A DNA stretch of 32,000 nucleotides from Mycobacterium tuberculosis H37Rv (GTDB lineage: Bacteria > Actinomycetota > Actinomycetes > Mycobacteriales > Mycobacteriaceae): contig NC_000962.3 of assembly GCF_000195955.2 (NCBI RefSeq), forward strand, positions 1,860,001 through 1,892,000, in the 5' to 3' direction. Numbering within the stretch: position 1 is the stretch's first letter; each line of letters opens with the position of its first letter. Positions 21,704 to 31,225 of the stretch are shown here, one piece after another. The notes beneath the pieces are model-generated. The model was not told where the DNA came from. It worked only from the letters and a program-made list of their open reading frames with translations, and made no database searches. A program made the translations under genes and the position numbers.

Positions 21704-24700
21704 ATGTCGGGAACCACCACGCATGTTGACTACCTGAAGCGTCTCACGGCAGATCTGCGGCGCACCCGCAGACGCCTGTCCGACTTGGAAGCCAAGTTGT
21801 CCGAGCCGGTTGCGGTGGTCGGAATGGGATGCCGTTATCCAGGTGGGGTGGATTCGCCGGAGACGTTGTGGGAGCTGGTGGCCCAGGGCCGTGATGCGGT
21901 ATCGGATTTTCCGGCGGATCGCGGGTGGGATGTGGACGGGTTGTTTGATCCTGACCCGGATGCATGCGGGAAGATGTATACCCGCCGCGGGACGTTTCTG
22001 GAGCATGCGGGTGACTTCGACGCCGGATTCTTTGGAATCGGTCCTAGCGAGGCGCTGGCGATGGACCCGCAACAGCGCCTGCTATTGGAAGTGTCGTGGG
22101 AAGCGTTGGAGCGTACGGGAATTGACCCGACCAAGTTGCGGGGTTCGGCAACGGGTGTGTTCGCCGGTGTTATCCATGCCGGCTATGGGGGCCAGCTATC
22201 CGGCGAGCTGGAAGGCTATGGGTTAACGGGTTCGACGCTGAGTGTGGCCTCCGGGCGGGTGGCGTATGTGCTGGGGTTGGAGGGTCCGGCGGTGTCGGTG
22301 GACACGGCGTGCTCGTCGTCGTTGGTGGCGCTGCATTTGGCGGTGCAGTCGCTGCGGTCGGGGGAATGCGATTTGGCGCTGGCCGGTGGGGTGACGGTGA
22401 TGGCCACCCCCGCCGCATTCGTCGAGTTCAGCCGGCAGCGGGCGCTGGCGCGCGACGGTCGGTGCAAGGTATACGCCGGTGCCGCCGACGGGACCGCGTG
22501 GTCAGAAGGCGCCGGGGTGCTGGTGGTGGAGCGGCTGGTGGATGCACGGCGGTTGGGGCATCCGGTGCTGGCCCTGGTGCGCGGATCGGCGGTCAATCAG
22601 GACGGCGCCTCCAACGGTTTGACGGCACCCAATGGGCCATCCCAGCAGCGGGTGATTCGGGCGGCGTTGGCCAGTGCGCGACTGCGCGCGGTTGAGGTGG
22701 ATGTGGTCGAGGGGCACGGGACCGGGACCATGCTGGGGGATCCGATTGAGGCGCAGGCGCTTTTGGCGACCTACGGTCAGGACCGCGTTGAGCCCCTGTG
22801 GTTGGGGTCGATCAAATCGAACATCGGTCATACATCGGCGGCGGCGGGGGTGGCCGGGGTGATCAAGATGGTGCAGGCGATGCGGCATGGGGTGATGCCC
22901 AAGACATTGCATGTGGATGTTCCTACGCCGCATGTGGATTGGTCGGTGGGGGCGGTGTCGTTGTTGACTCAACCGCGGGCGTGGTCGGTTCACGGCCGGC
23001 CGCGGCGGGCCGGGGTGTCGTCGTTCGGGATCAGCGGCACCAATGCGCATGTGATTCTTGAGCAGGCACCGGTAGTTGAAAGTGTTGTGCCAGAAGTTGC
23101 ATCCCCAACAGCGGCGTCCGCCGTGCCGTGGGTGCTGTCGGCCCGGTCGGAGCAGGCGTTGGCCGGTCAGGCGCAGCGGCTGCTGGCTTTCGTCGCGGCC
23201 AACCCGGATTTGGATCCGATCGATGTGGGGTGGTCGTTGGTCAAGACGCGGGCGATGTTCGAGCATCGGGCGGTGGTCGTGGGTGCTGATCGCGGGGCCC
23301 TGCTGGCGGGGTTGGCGGCGTTGGCCGCTGGTGAGTCGGGTGCGGGCGTGGCAGTGGGTCGAGCGCGGTCGGTGGGGAAGACGGTGTTCGTGTTTCCCGG
23401 GCAAGGGGCCCAATGGGTAGGCATGGGAGCGCAGTTATATGCCGAATTACCCCTGTTCGCCCTGGCTTTTGACGCGGTGGCCGAAGAGCTGGATCGGCAC
23501 CTGCGGCTGCCGCTGCGAAACGTGCTCTGGGAAGGTGACGAGGCGCTGTTGACTAGCACCGAGTTCGCCCAGCCGGCGTTATTCGCAATCGAAGTGGCGT
23601 TGGCAACGTTGTTGCAGCACTGGGGTATCAGCCCGGATTTCCTGATCGGACATTCGGTGGGCGAGATCGCGGCAGCACATTTGGCCGGGGTGTTGTCGTT
23701 GACCGATGCGGCGGGTTTGGTGGCTGCCCGCGGCAGGTTGATGGCGGAGTTGCCCGCCGGTGGGGTGATGGTGGTGGTGGCCGCCAGCGAAGAAGAAGTG
23801 CTGCCAGTGCTGGTCGACGGGGCGAATCTCGCGGCGGTCAACGCGCCGCACTCGGTGGTGGTTTCAGGGTGCGAGGCAGCGGTCAGCGATATTGCCGATC
23901 ACTTTGCCCGCAGGGGCCGCCGGGTGCATCGGCTAGCGGTATCACATGCGTTTCATTCGTTGCTGATGGAACCGATGCTTGCCGAGTTCACGCGGATCGC
24001 TGCCGGTATTTCGGTGTCGAAACCGCGGATTCCGTTGGTGTCCAATGTGACCGGGCAGATGGCCGGCGCAGGCTACGGCGATGGACAGTACTGGGTGGAG
24101 CATGCGCGGCGCCCCGTGCGATTTGCCGAGGGCGTCCAGTTGCTGAATGCGGTTGGGGCCACAAGGTTTGTTGAGGTGGGTCCCGGCGGTGGCCTGACAG
24201 CATTGGTCGAGCAGTCGCTGCCTTTAGGCGAGGCGCTATCGGTGGCGATGATGCGTAGAGAGCACCCCGAAGTGTCGTCGGTGCTCGGCGCCGTGGCGAC
24301 ATTGTTCACTGCGGGTGCCCAAATGGATTGGCCGGCGGTGTTTGGCAGTCCGGGTCGACGGATCGAATTGCCGACCTATGCGTTTCAGCGGCAGCGGTAT
24401 TGGTTGCCGCCTACGTCGGCGGGTTCGGCAGACATCAGCGGTGTTGGTCTGCTGGCAGCCCGGCATGGTTTGTTGGGTGCGGTTGTGGAGCAACCGGATT
24501 CGGACGTGGTGGTACTGACCGGCCGGCTATCGGTGGGGGAGCAGCGGTGGTTGGCCGATCACGTGATCGCTGGAGTGGTGTTGCTCGCCGGTGCGGCTTT
24601 CGTGGAACTGGCGCTGCGAGCCGCCGACCAGGTGGATTGTGGGGTGGTCGAGGAGCTGACGGTGGTGACTCCGTTGGTTTTGCCGACGGTGGGCGGGGTG

Positions 24701-26512
24701 CAGCTACAGGTGGTGGTGGGTGTCGGTGAGATGGGTCAGCGGCCAGTGTCGATATATTCACGCAACGCTGAGTCGGATTCCGGGTGGGTGTTGCATGCCC
24801 GGGGCGTATTGGGGGCAAAGGCGGTTGCCCCGGCAGCGGATTTGTCGGTGTGGCCGCCGCTGGGTGCTGCCCCGGTTGATGTCGATGGCGCCTATCAGCG
24901 ATTCGCCGAACTGGGCTATGAATATGGCCGGGCGTTTCAGGGTCTGACGGCCATGTGGCGGCGGGAATCGGAGCTCTTCGCCGATGTTGCCGTCCCCGAC
25001 GATGTCGATGTGACGTTGAGTGGGTTCGGAATTCACCCACTGGTGCTGGATGCGGCCTTGCATGCAATGGGCATGGTGGGCGAGCAGGCAGCTACCATGC
25101 TGCCCTTCTCCTGGCAAGGGGTCTCCCTGCATGCCGCGGGTGCGTCCCGGGTTCGGGCGCGGATCGCGCCGGCCGGTGATGGCACGGTGTCGGTGGAGTT
25201 GGCCGATCAGGCGGGGTTACCGGTGTTGTCGGTACAGGCATTGGTCATGCGTTCGGTGTCGTCTCAGCTGTTGTCGGCGGCCGTCGCCGCTGCCGATGCC
25301 GCAGGTCGCGGGTTGTTGGAAGTGGCGTGGTTGCCAGTGGAATTGGCGCACAACGACATCAGCGCCGACCTCGTGGTCTGGGAGTTGGAGTCTTTCCAGG
25401 ACGGTGTGGGTCCGGTGTATTCGGCTACGCATCGGGTGTTGGTGGCATTGCAGTCCTGGCTGGCCCAGGAGCGGGCCGGCCGACTGGTGGTGCTGACCCA
25501 AGGGTCGGTCGGCCAGGATGCCACGAACTTGGCCGGCGCCGCGGTGTGGGGGTTGGTGCGGTCGGCTCAAGCCGAACATCCGGGTCGGGTGATGTTGGTC
25601 GATTCGGACGGCTCGATGGATGTTGGAGATGTCATTGGCTGTGGTGAAGAGCAATTGATGATCCGGAACGGCACAGCCTATGCCGCCCGGCTGGCACAGC
25701 TTCGACCACAGCCGATCCTGCAGTTGCCCGATACCAACTCGGGCTGGCGGTTGGTCGCCGGCGGCGCGGGCGCCCTTGAGGATTTGACGTTGGCATCATG
25801 CCCTGCAAAGGAATTGGCACCTGGACAGGTTCGAATAGAGGTGCGGGCTTTGGGTGTCAATTTCCGGGATGTGTTGGTGGCGTTGGGAATATATCCCGGT
25901 GCCGCGGAGTTGGGGGCCGAAGGGGCAGGGGTGGTCACCGAAGTCGGTCCAGGCGTGACCGGTTTAGCAGTTGGTGATCCGGTGATGGGTCTGTTGGGGG
26001 TGGCGGGGTCGGAAGCGGTGGTCGATGCGCGGCTGGTGGTCAAGCTGCCGAACCGGTGGCCGCTGACCGATGCTGCGGGTGTGCCGGTGGTGTTTCTGAC
26101 GGCCTACTACGCGTTACGCGTGCTGGCGCAGGTGCAGCCGGGCGAGTCGGTGCTGGTACACGCCGCTGCGGGCGGGGTGGGTATGGCGGCAGTGCAACTG
26201 GCTCGGCTGTGGGGATTGGAGGTTTTCGCTACTGCCAGTCGCGGCAAGTGGGACACGTTGCACACAATGGGATGTGACAACACGCATGTTGCCGATTCAC
26301 GCACACTGGCATTCGAGGAGACGTTTTGGCTGACCACCGAGGGTCGCGGCGTGGATGTGGTGCTCAACTCGCTGGCCGGTGAGTTCACCGACGCATCGTT
26401 GCGGTTACTGCCGCGAGGCGGTCGCTTCATCGAGATGGGCAAAACCGAGTTCGGGACGCCCAGGTCGTTGCCCAGGACCATCCTGGGGTGGCCTACCGGG
26501 CTTTCGACTTGA
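21704..26512 (+). CDS. pks8: Type I modular polyketide synthase, N-terminal part (KS-AT-DH and truncated ER), malonyl-type AT
   Basis: 1602 aa. [15 protein letters not shown] (Cys codon 22310-22312); AT GHSVGE plus SHAFHS; [18 protein letters not shown]. Homology to Pks7 stops at KTEFG, followed by out-of-frame residues [18 protein letters not shown]. Confidence 0.93.
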   Translation: MSGTTTHVDYLKRLTADLRRTRRRLSDLEAKLSEPVAVVGMGCRYPGGVDSPETLWELVAQGRDAVSDFPADRGWDVDGLFDPDPDACGKMYTRRGTFLEHAGDFDAGFFGIGPSEALAMDPQQRLLLEVSWEALERTGIDPTKLRGSATGVFAGVIHAGYGGQLSGELEGYGLTGSTLSVASGRVAYVLGLEGPAVSVDTACSSSLVALHLAVQSLRSGECDLALAGGVTVMATPAAFVEFSRQRALARDGRCKVYAGAADGTAWSEGAGVLVVERLVDARRLGHPVLALVRGSAVNQDGASNGLTAPNGPSQQRVIRAALASARLRAVEVDVVEGHGTGTMLGDPIEAQALLATYGQDRVEPLWLGSIKSNIGHTSAAAGVAGVIKMVQAMRHGVMPKTLHVDVPTPHVDWSVGAVSLLTQPRAWSVHGRPRRAGVSSFGISGTNAHVILEQAPVVESVVPEVASPTAASAVPWVLSARSEQALAGQAQRLLAFVAANPDLDPIDVGWSLVKTRAMFEHRAVVVGADRGALLAGLAALAAGESGAGVAVGRARSVGKTVFVFPGQGAQWVGMGAQLYAELPLFALAFDAVAEELDRHLRLPLRNVLWEGDEALLTSTEFAQPALFAIEVALATLLQHWGISPDFLIGHSVGEIAAAHLAGVLSLTDAAGLVAARGRLMAELPAGGVMVVVAASEEEVLPVLVDGANLAAVNAPHSVVVSGCEAAVSDIADHFARRGRRVHRLAVSHAFHSLLMEPMLAEFTRIAAGISVSKPRIPLVSNVTGQMAGAGYGDGQYWVEHARRPVRFAEGVQLLNAVGATRFVEVGPGGGLTALVEQSLPLGEALSVAMMRREHPEVSSVLGAVATLFTAGAQMDWPAVFGSPGRRIELPTYAFQRQRYWLPPTSAGSADISGVGLLAARHGLLGAVVEQPDSDVVVLTGRLSVGEQRWLADHVIAGVVLLAGAAFVELALRAADQVDCGVVEELTVVTPLVLPTVGGVQLQVVVGVGEMGQRPVSIYSRNAESDSGWVLHARGVLGAKAVAPAADLSVWPPLGAAPVDVDGAYQRFAELGYEYGRAFQGLTAMWRRESELFADVAVPDDVDVTLSGFGIHPLVLDAALHAMGMVGEQAATMLPFSWQGVSLHAAGASRVRARIAPAGDGTVSVELADQAGLPVLSVQALVMRSVSSQLLSAAVAAADAAGRGLLEVAWLPVELAHNDISADLVVWELESFQDGVGPVYSATHRVLVALQSWLAQERAGRLVVLTQGSVGQDATNLAGAAVWGLVRSAQAEHPGRVMLVDSDGSMDVGDVIGCGEEQLMIRNGTAYAARLAQLRPQPILQLPDTNSGWRLVAGGAGALEDLTLASCPAKELAPGQVRIEVRALGVNFRDVLVALGIYPGAAELGAEGAGVVTEVGPGVTGLAVGDPVMGLLGVAGSEAVVDARLVVKLPNRWPLTDAAGVPVVFLTAYYALRVLAQVQPGESVLVHAAAGGVGMAAVQLARLWGLEVFATASRGKWDTLHTMGCDNTHVADSRTLAFEETFWLTTEGRGVDVVLNSLAGEFTDASLRLLPRGGRFIEMGKTEFGTPRSLPRTILGWPTGLST

Positions 26513-28020
26513 TGGAGGCCGGACCGCAGCGGATTGCGCAGATGCTGGCCGAGTTAGTCGAGTTGTTCAAAACTGAAGCGCTGCATCGGCTTCCAGTCAA
26601 GTCATGGGATGTGCGGCACGCTCGGGAGGCGTATCGGTTCTTGAGCCAGGCGCGCCATGTCGGCAAAGTGGTGCTGACCATGCCGGACGCGTGGGCCGCG
26701 GGCACGGTGCTGATCACCGGTGGCACTGGGATGGCAGGTTCTGCGGTGGCGCGTCATCTGGTGAGTCGATACGGGGTGCGGCAGGTGGTGTTGGCCAGTC
26801 GTGCTGGTGAGCACACGGAGAGCGTCGCAGCATTGGTGGACGAGCTCGGCTCGGCCGGCGCCCGAGTGCAGGTGGTGTCTTGCGATGTGGCCGATCGTGA
26901 TGCGGTGGCGGGTTTGGTGGCAAGCCAACCAGATCTGACTGCAGTGTTTCATGCGGCTGGGGTTCTTGACGATGCGGTAATCACCGGATTGACGCCGGAG
27001 CGGGTGGATAAGGTATTGCGGGCCAAGGTCGATGGGGCCTGGAATTTGCATGAGCTCACCCGGCACCTGGATGTGTCAGCGTTTGTGTTGTTTTCGTCGA
27101 TGGCCGGGATTGTGGGTGCGCCGGGCCAGGCCAATTATGCTGCAGCGAACGCGTTTTTGGACGGGTTGGCGGCCTATCGGCGATCACGTGGACTGGCCGC
27201 GTTGTCGGTGGCGTGGGGATTGTGGGAGCAGGCTTCGGCGATGACCGAGCATTTAGGCGAGCGGGATCGGGTCCGGATGAGTCGGGTTGGACTGGCGCCG
27301 TTGCCTACCAACCAGGCGATGGGATTCCTGGATGCCGCGTTGCTGGCGGATCGGCCCGTGGTGGTGGCTGCTCGGCTGGATCGTGCCGCGCTGGCCGGTG
27401 CCGAGCTGCCGGCACTATTTAGCCAGTTGGTTGCCGGTCCGATCCGACGGATCATCGACGGCGCCGATGAGGTGTCGGGGTCGGGATTGGCGTCGCGGCT
27501 GCACGGGCTGACTCCCGAGCAGCGGCACCGCGAACTCACCGAGTTAGTATGTAGCAACGCCGCGATCGTGTTGGGGCATTCCGGCACTGAGATCGACGCG
27601 CACAAGGCATTCCAGGATCTCGGGTTTGATTCGCTGACAGCGGTGGAGCTGCGCAACCGGCTCAAGACTGCGACCGGGTTGACCTTGCCACCGACCTTGA
27701 TCTTTGACTACCCCACGGCCGCCGAGTTGGCCGAACACCTCGACATCCAGCTGGCGAACGCCCCTGCCGTCACGGTCGACCAACCCAACCCGTCGACTCG
27801 TTTCAACGAGGTCACCCGCGAACTACAAGCATTGCTCGACCAACCCAACTGGAACCCCGACGACAAAACGCGCCTGATCAAGCGATTGCAAGCGATTTTG
27901 ACCGATTGCACCGCTCCACCGGCCAGCTCCGGCCCGTCTACCACCCATGACGACGAGGACATCACCACCGCCACTGAAAGCCAGCTTTTTGCCATCCTCG
28001 ACGACGAACTTGGACCTTAG
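26512..28020 (+). CDS. pks17: Type I PKS, C-terminal part (ER remainder-KR-ACP); frame-split continuation of pks8
   Basis: 502 aa from ATG 26512 (alternative GTG at 26488 as in the track). [19 protein letters not shown] and [13 protein letters not shown]; [18 protein letters not shown] (Ser codon 27631). Directly continues the Pks7 alignment in the other frame. Confidence 0.9.
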   Translation: MEAGPQRIAQMLAELVELFKTEALHRLPVKSWDVRHAREAYRFLSQARHVGKVVLTMPDAWAAGTVLITGGTGMAGSAVARHLVSRYGVRQVVLASRAGEHTESVAALVDELGSAGARVQVVSCDVADRDAVAGLVASQPDLTAVFHAAGVLDDAVITGLTPERVDKVLRAKVDGAWNLHELTRHLDVSAFVLFSSMAGIVGAPGQANYAAANAFLDGLAAYRRSRGLAALSVAWGLWEQASAMTEHLGERDRVRMSRVGLAPLPTNQAMGFLDAALLADRPVVVAARLDRAALAGAELPALFSQLVAGPIRRIIDGADEVSGSGLASRLHGLTPEQRHRELTELVCSNAAIVLGHSGTEIDAHKAFQDLGFDSLTAVELRNRLKTATGLTLPPTLIFDYPTAAELAEHLDIQLANAPAVTVDQPNPSTRFNEVTRELQALLDQPNWNPDDKTRLIKRLQAILTDCTAPPASSGPSTTHDDEDITTATESQLFAILDDELGP

Positions 28021-28025
28021 CGCAC

Positions 28026-31000
28026 GTGCAACCGACAGGCATCGCAATCATCGGGCTGGCATGCAGGTTTCCCACCGTCGTCAGCCCCGGCGACCTCTGG
28101 GACCTGTTGCGCGACGGGCGAGAGGCTGCTGGATCCATTGACAACGTCGCCGATTTCGACGCCGACTTTTTCAACCTATCCCCCCGCGAGGCGAGCGCGA
28201 TGGACCCCAGGCAACGACTGGCGCTCGAACTCACCTGGGAACTGCTCGAAGACGCTTTCGTGGTGCCGGAAACGCTGCGCGGACAACCGATCGCGGTCTA
28301 CCTCGGAGCGATGAACGACGACTACGCAGTACTGACGCTCGCGGCGGACCGTGTTGACCATCACGCGTTCGCTGGCACTAGTCGGGCAATCATCGCAAAC
28401 CGCGTGTCGTTTGCTTTCGGGCTGCGTGGACCAAGCGTGACGATCGACTCCGGTCAGTCGTCATCCCTGGTAGCGGTGCATCTGGCATGCGAAAGCGTGC
28501 GAACAGGCGAAGCGCCGCTGGCGATTGCCGGTGGTGTTCACCTCAACTTGGCACGCGAAACAGCCATGCTGGAACAAGAATTCGGCGCGGTATCGCCGTC
28601 CGGCCATACCTACGCATTCGATGAACGTGCCGACGGCTACGTACCAGGCGACGGCGGTGGCCTCGTTCTGCTGAAGCCGGTGCAAGCTGCCCTGGACGAC
28701 GGAGATCGAATCCACGCGATCATCCGCGGCAGCGCGGTCGGCAACGCCGGGCACAGCGCTACCGGGCTGACCGTGCCGTCGGTCGCCGGCCAGGTGGACG
28801 TCATCAGGCGGGCGATGTCCGGCGCGGGGGTGGATTGCCATCAGGTTCACTACGTCGAGGCACACGGGACCGGCACCAAGATCGGCGACCCGATCGAGGC
28901 GCGGGCGCTGGGTGAGATCTTCGCGGCGCGGCAACGTCGCCCGGTGAGTGTGGGGTCGGTCAAGACCAATATTGGTCATACCGGGGGAGCCGCTGGAATC
29001 GCCGGATTACTCAAGGCGGTGTTAGCGATTGAAAATGCCGTGATTCCACCCAGCCTCAACTACGTCGGTGCCGCAATTGATTTGGATAGCCTTGGGCTTC
29101 GGGTCGACACCGCGTTGACGCCGTGGCCGGTGGCGGATGAGCCGCGACGGGCTGGGGTGTCGTCGTTTGGCATGGGTGGGACGAACGCGCATGTGATCCT
29201 GGAACAGGGTCCGACGCAGTCGCCAGAGATAGTGGAATCTGTTGCCGCAGCGGGTAGTAACGCTCCGGTGGCGGTGCCGTGGGTGTTGGCTGCGCGGTCG
29301 CCGCAGGCGCTAACCAACCAGGCGGGGCGGTTGTTGGCGCACCTGACTGCCGACGACGGCCTGACCGCGCTCGATGTGGGGTGGTCGTTGGTGAGTACCC
29401 GGTCGGTGTTCGACCATCGCGCGGTGGTGGTGGGCGCTGATCGGGGGCGTCTGATGGCGGGGTTGGCGGGGTTGGCCGCCGGTGAGCCGGGCGCGGGTGT
29501 GGTGGTGGGTCGTGCGCGGTCGGTGGGCAAGACGGTGTTTGTGTTTCCCGGACAGGGGTCGCAGTGGCTGGGGATGGGCCGGCAGTTGTACGGCCGGTAC
29601 TCGGTGTTTGCCCGGGCTTTTGACGAGGTCGTTGCGGTGTTGGATGGGCAGCTGCGGCTGTCTGTGCGGCAGGTGATGTGGGGCGCCGATGCCGGGCTAT
29701 TGGAAAGCACAGAGTTTGCTCAGCCGGCGTTGTTTGTCGTCCAGGTGGCATTGGCCGCGTTGTTGCAAGACTGGGGTGTGCTGCCCGATCTTGTGATGGG
29801 TCATTCGGTGGGTGAGATTGCTGCGGCGTATGTGGCCGGGGCGTTGTCGCTGGTGGATGCCGCGCGGGTGGTGGCGGCGCGCGGCCGGTTGATGCAGGCG
29901 TTGCCCGCTGGTGGGGTCATGGTGGCCGTAGCGGCCAGCGAAGACGAAGTGGCACCGTTGCTCACCGAGGGCGTGTGCATCGCTGCGGTGAACGCGCCGG
30001 AATCGGTGGTGATTTCGGGTGAGCAGGCTGCCGTGGGTGTGGTAGTGGATCGATTGGTGGGGTTGGGTCGGCGGGTGCGGCGGTTGGCAGTGTCGCATGC
30101 GTTTCATTCGGTGTTGATGGACCCCATGGTCGAGGAGTTCTCGAAGGTGCTGGCTGATGTCTGCGTGCGGGCGCCGCGGATTGGGTTGGTCTCGAATGTG
30201 ACAGGTCAGCTGGCCGGTGCTGGGTATGGGTCGCCGGCGTATTGGGTTGAACATGTGCGCAAGCCGGTGCGGTTCTTCGACGGTGTGGGATTGGCTGAAT
30301 CCCTCGGGGCCAGGGTGTTTGTGGAAGTGGGTCCCGGTGCCGGGTTGGAGGCGTCGGTGGCGCTGCTAGCCAGGGATCGGCCTGAGGTGGAGTCGGTGCT
30401 GGCCGGGGTGGGGCGACTGTTCGCCGAAGGGGTGGCGGTTGATTGGTCTTCGGTCTTTGCGGGTTTGGGCGGCCGGCGGGTGGAGTTGCCGACGTATGGA
30501 TTTGCCCGGCAGCGGTTTTGGTTAGGTGACAATGGCGAGTTGTCGGTGGACCAGACGGGCAAAGACGCCGGCGCAATTGCGCGATTGCAAAGCCTAGCCC
30601 CACCGGAACTGCAGCGCCAGCTGGTAGAGTTGGTGTGCTTCCATGCAGCAATCGTTTTGGGTCGCAAGAGCAGCCATGACATCGACCCCGAATGTGCTTT
30701 CCAAGACTTGGGATTTGATTCAATGAGCGGGGTCGAACTACGCAATCGTCTCCAGATGGCTATCGGTTTGCCCGGCTTGTCGCTGCCGCGCACTTTGATC
30801 TTCGACTATCCCACTGCGAGTGCCCTCGCCGAATGCCTTGGCCAGCTCTTAGGCGGCCAACACGAATCATCCGACGACGAGAGTATTTGGCAGCTGCTGA
30901 AAAACATTCCTATCCACCAGCTTCGACGCACCGGCTTGCTGGACAAATTGCTGCTGCTGGCCGGCCAGCCCGAGGAGTCCTTGGCTGGTCGGACCGTCAG

Positions 31001-31079
31001 CGACGAGGTTATCGACTCGTTAAGCCCCGAAGCTCTTATCGGGCTGGCGCTCGATGAGGACGAGAACGATATTCGATGA
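28026..31079 (+). CDS. pks9: Type I PKS with KS(Q)-like domain, malonyl-type AT and ACP
   Basis: 1017 aa from GTG. KS has TIDSGQSSSLVAVH instead of DTACSSS but keeps VEAHGTGT and NIGHTGGAAG; AT GHSVGE plus SHAFHS; ACP LGFDSMSGVELRNRL (Ser codon 30720). Confidence 0.94.
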   Translation: MQPTGIAIIGLACRFPTVVSPGDLWDLLRDGREAAGSIDNVADFDADFFNLSPREASAMDPRQRLALELTWELLEDAFVVPETLRGQPIAVYLGAMNDDYAVLTLAADRVDHHAFAGTSRAIIANRVSFAFGLRGPSVTIDSGQSSSLVAVHLACESVRTGEAPLAIAGGVHLNLARETAMLEQEFGAVSPSGHTYAFDERADGYVPGDGGGLVLLKPVQAALDDGDRIHAIIRGSAVGNAGHSATGLTVPSVAGQVDVIRRAMSGAGVDCHQVHYVEAHGTGTKIGDPIEARALGEIFAARQRRPVSVGSVKTNIGHTGGAAGIAGLLKAVLAIENAVIPPSLNYVGAAIDLDSLGLRVDTALTPWPVADEPRRAGVSSFGMGGTNAHVILEQGPTQSPEIVESVAAAGSNAPVAVPWVLAARSPQALTNQAGRLLAHLTADDGLTALDVGWSLVSTRSVFDHRAVVVGADRGRLMAGLAGLAAGEPGAGVVVGRARSVGKTVFVFPGQGSQWLGMGRQLYGRYSVFARAFDEVVAVLDGQLRLSVRQVMWGADAGLLESTEFAQPALFVVQVALAALLQDWGVLPDLVMGHSVGEIAAAYVAGALSLVDAARVVAARGRLMQALPAGGVMVAVAASEDEVAPLLTEGVCIAAVNAPESVVISGEQAAVGVVVDRLVGLGRRVRRLAVSHAFHSVLMDPMVEEFSKVLADVCVRAPRIGLVSNVTGQLAGAGYGSPAYWVEHVRKPVRFFDGVGLAESLGARVFVEVGPGAGLEASVALLARDRPEVESVLAGVGRLFAEGVAVDWSSVFAGLGGRRVELPTYGFARQRFWLGDNGELSVDQTGKDAGAIARLQSLAPPELQRQLVELVCFHAAIVLGRKSSHDIDPECAFQDLGFDSMSGVELRNRLQMAIGLPGLSLPRTLIFDYPTASALAECLGQLLGGQHESSDDESIWQLLKNIPIHQLRRTGLLDKLLLLAGQPEESLAGRTVSDEVIDSLSPEALIGLALDEDENDIR

Positions 31080-31155
31080 CGAAATCCGTCCTGGCAGGCT
31101 CAAATTATGCTATCGGCATAGGTGCAAATACGACAGGCGTTGAATAGCGATGTTT

Positions 31156-31184
31156 TTGCGAGATCGCGTAATGTGGCTTAAACT
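31156..31184 (+). promoter_or_regulatory. Candidate promoter of pks11
   Basis: TTGCGA (31156-31161), 17-bp spacer, TAAACT (31179-31184). Mirrors the pks10 upstream region. Confidence 0.5.
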
Positions 31185-31225
31185 TTGGGCTTCGAGGGTG
31201 GCAAGTAACTTAAGTGGGCAGGGGC

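Noticed and set aside
22502-23413. Minus-strand ORFs opposite the PKS genes (such as 22502-23413 and 19020-19706)
   Set aside because: Similar antisense ORFs recur opposite paralogous PKS blocks, which points to reflected codon structure and not to real genes.
26441-26470. Programmed ribosomal frameshift joining pks8 and pks17
   Set aside because: Only GAG TTC GGG ACG is present at the junction, with no canonical X XXY YYZ slippery heptamer. A one-base deletion explains the break more simply, though peptide evidence could still change this.
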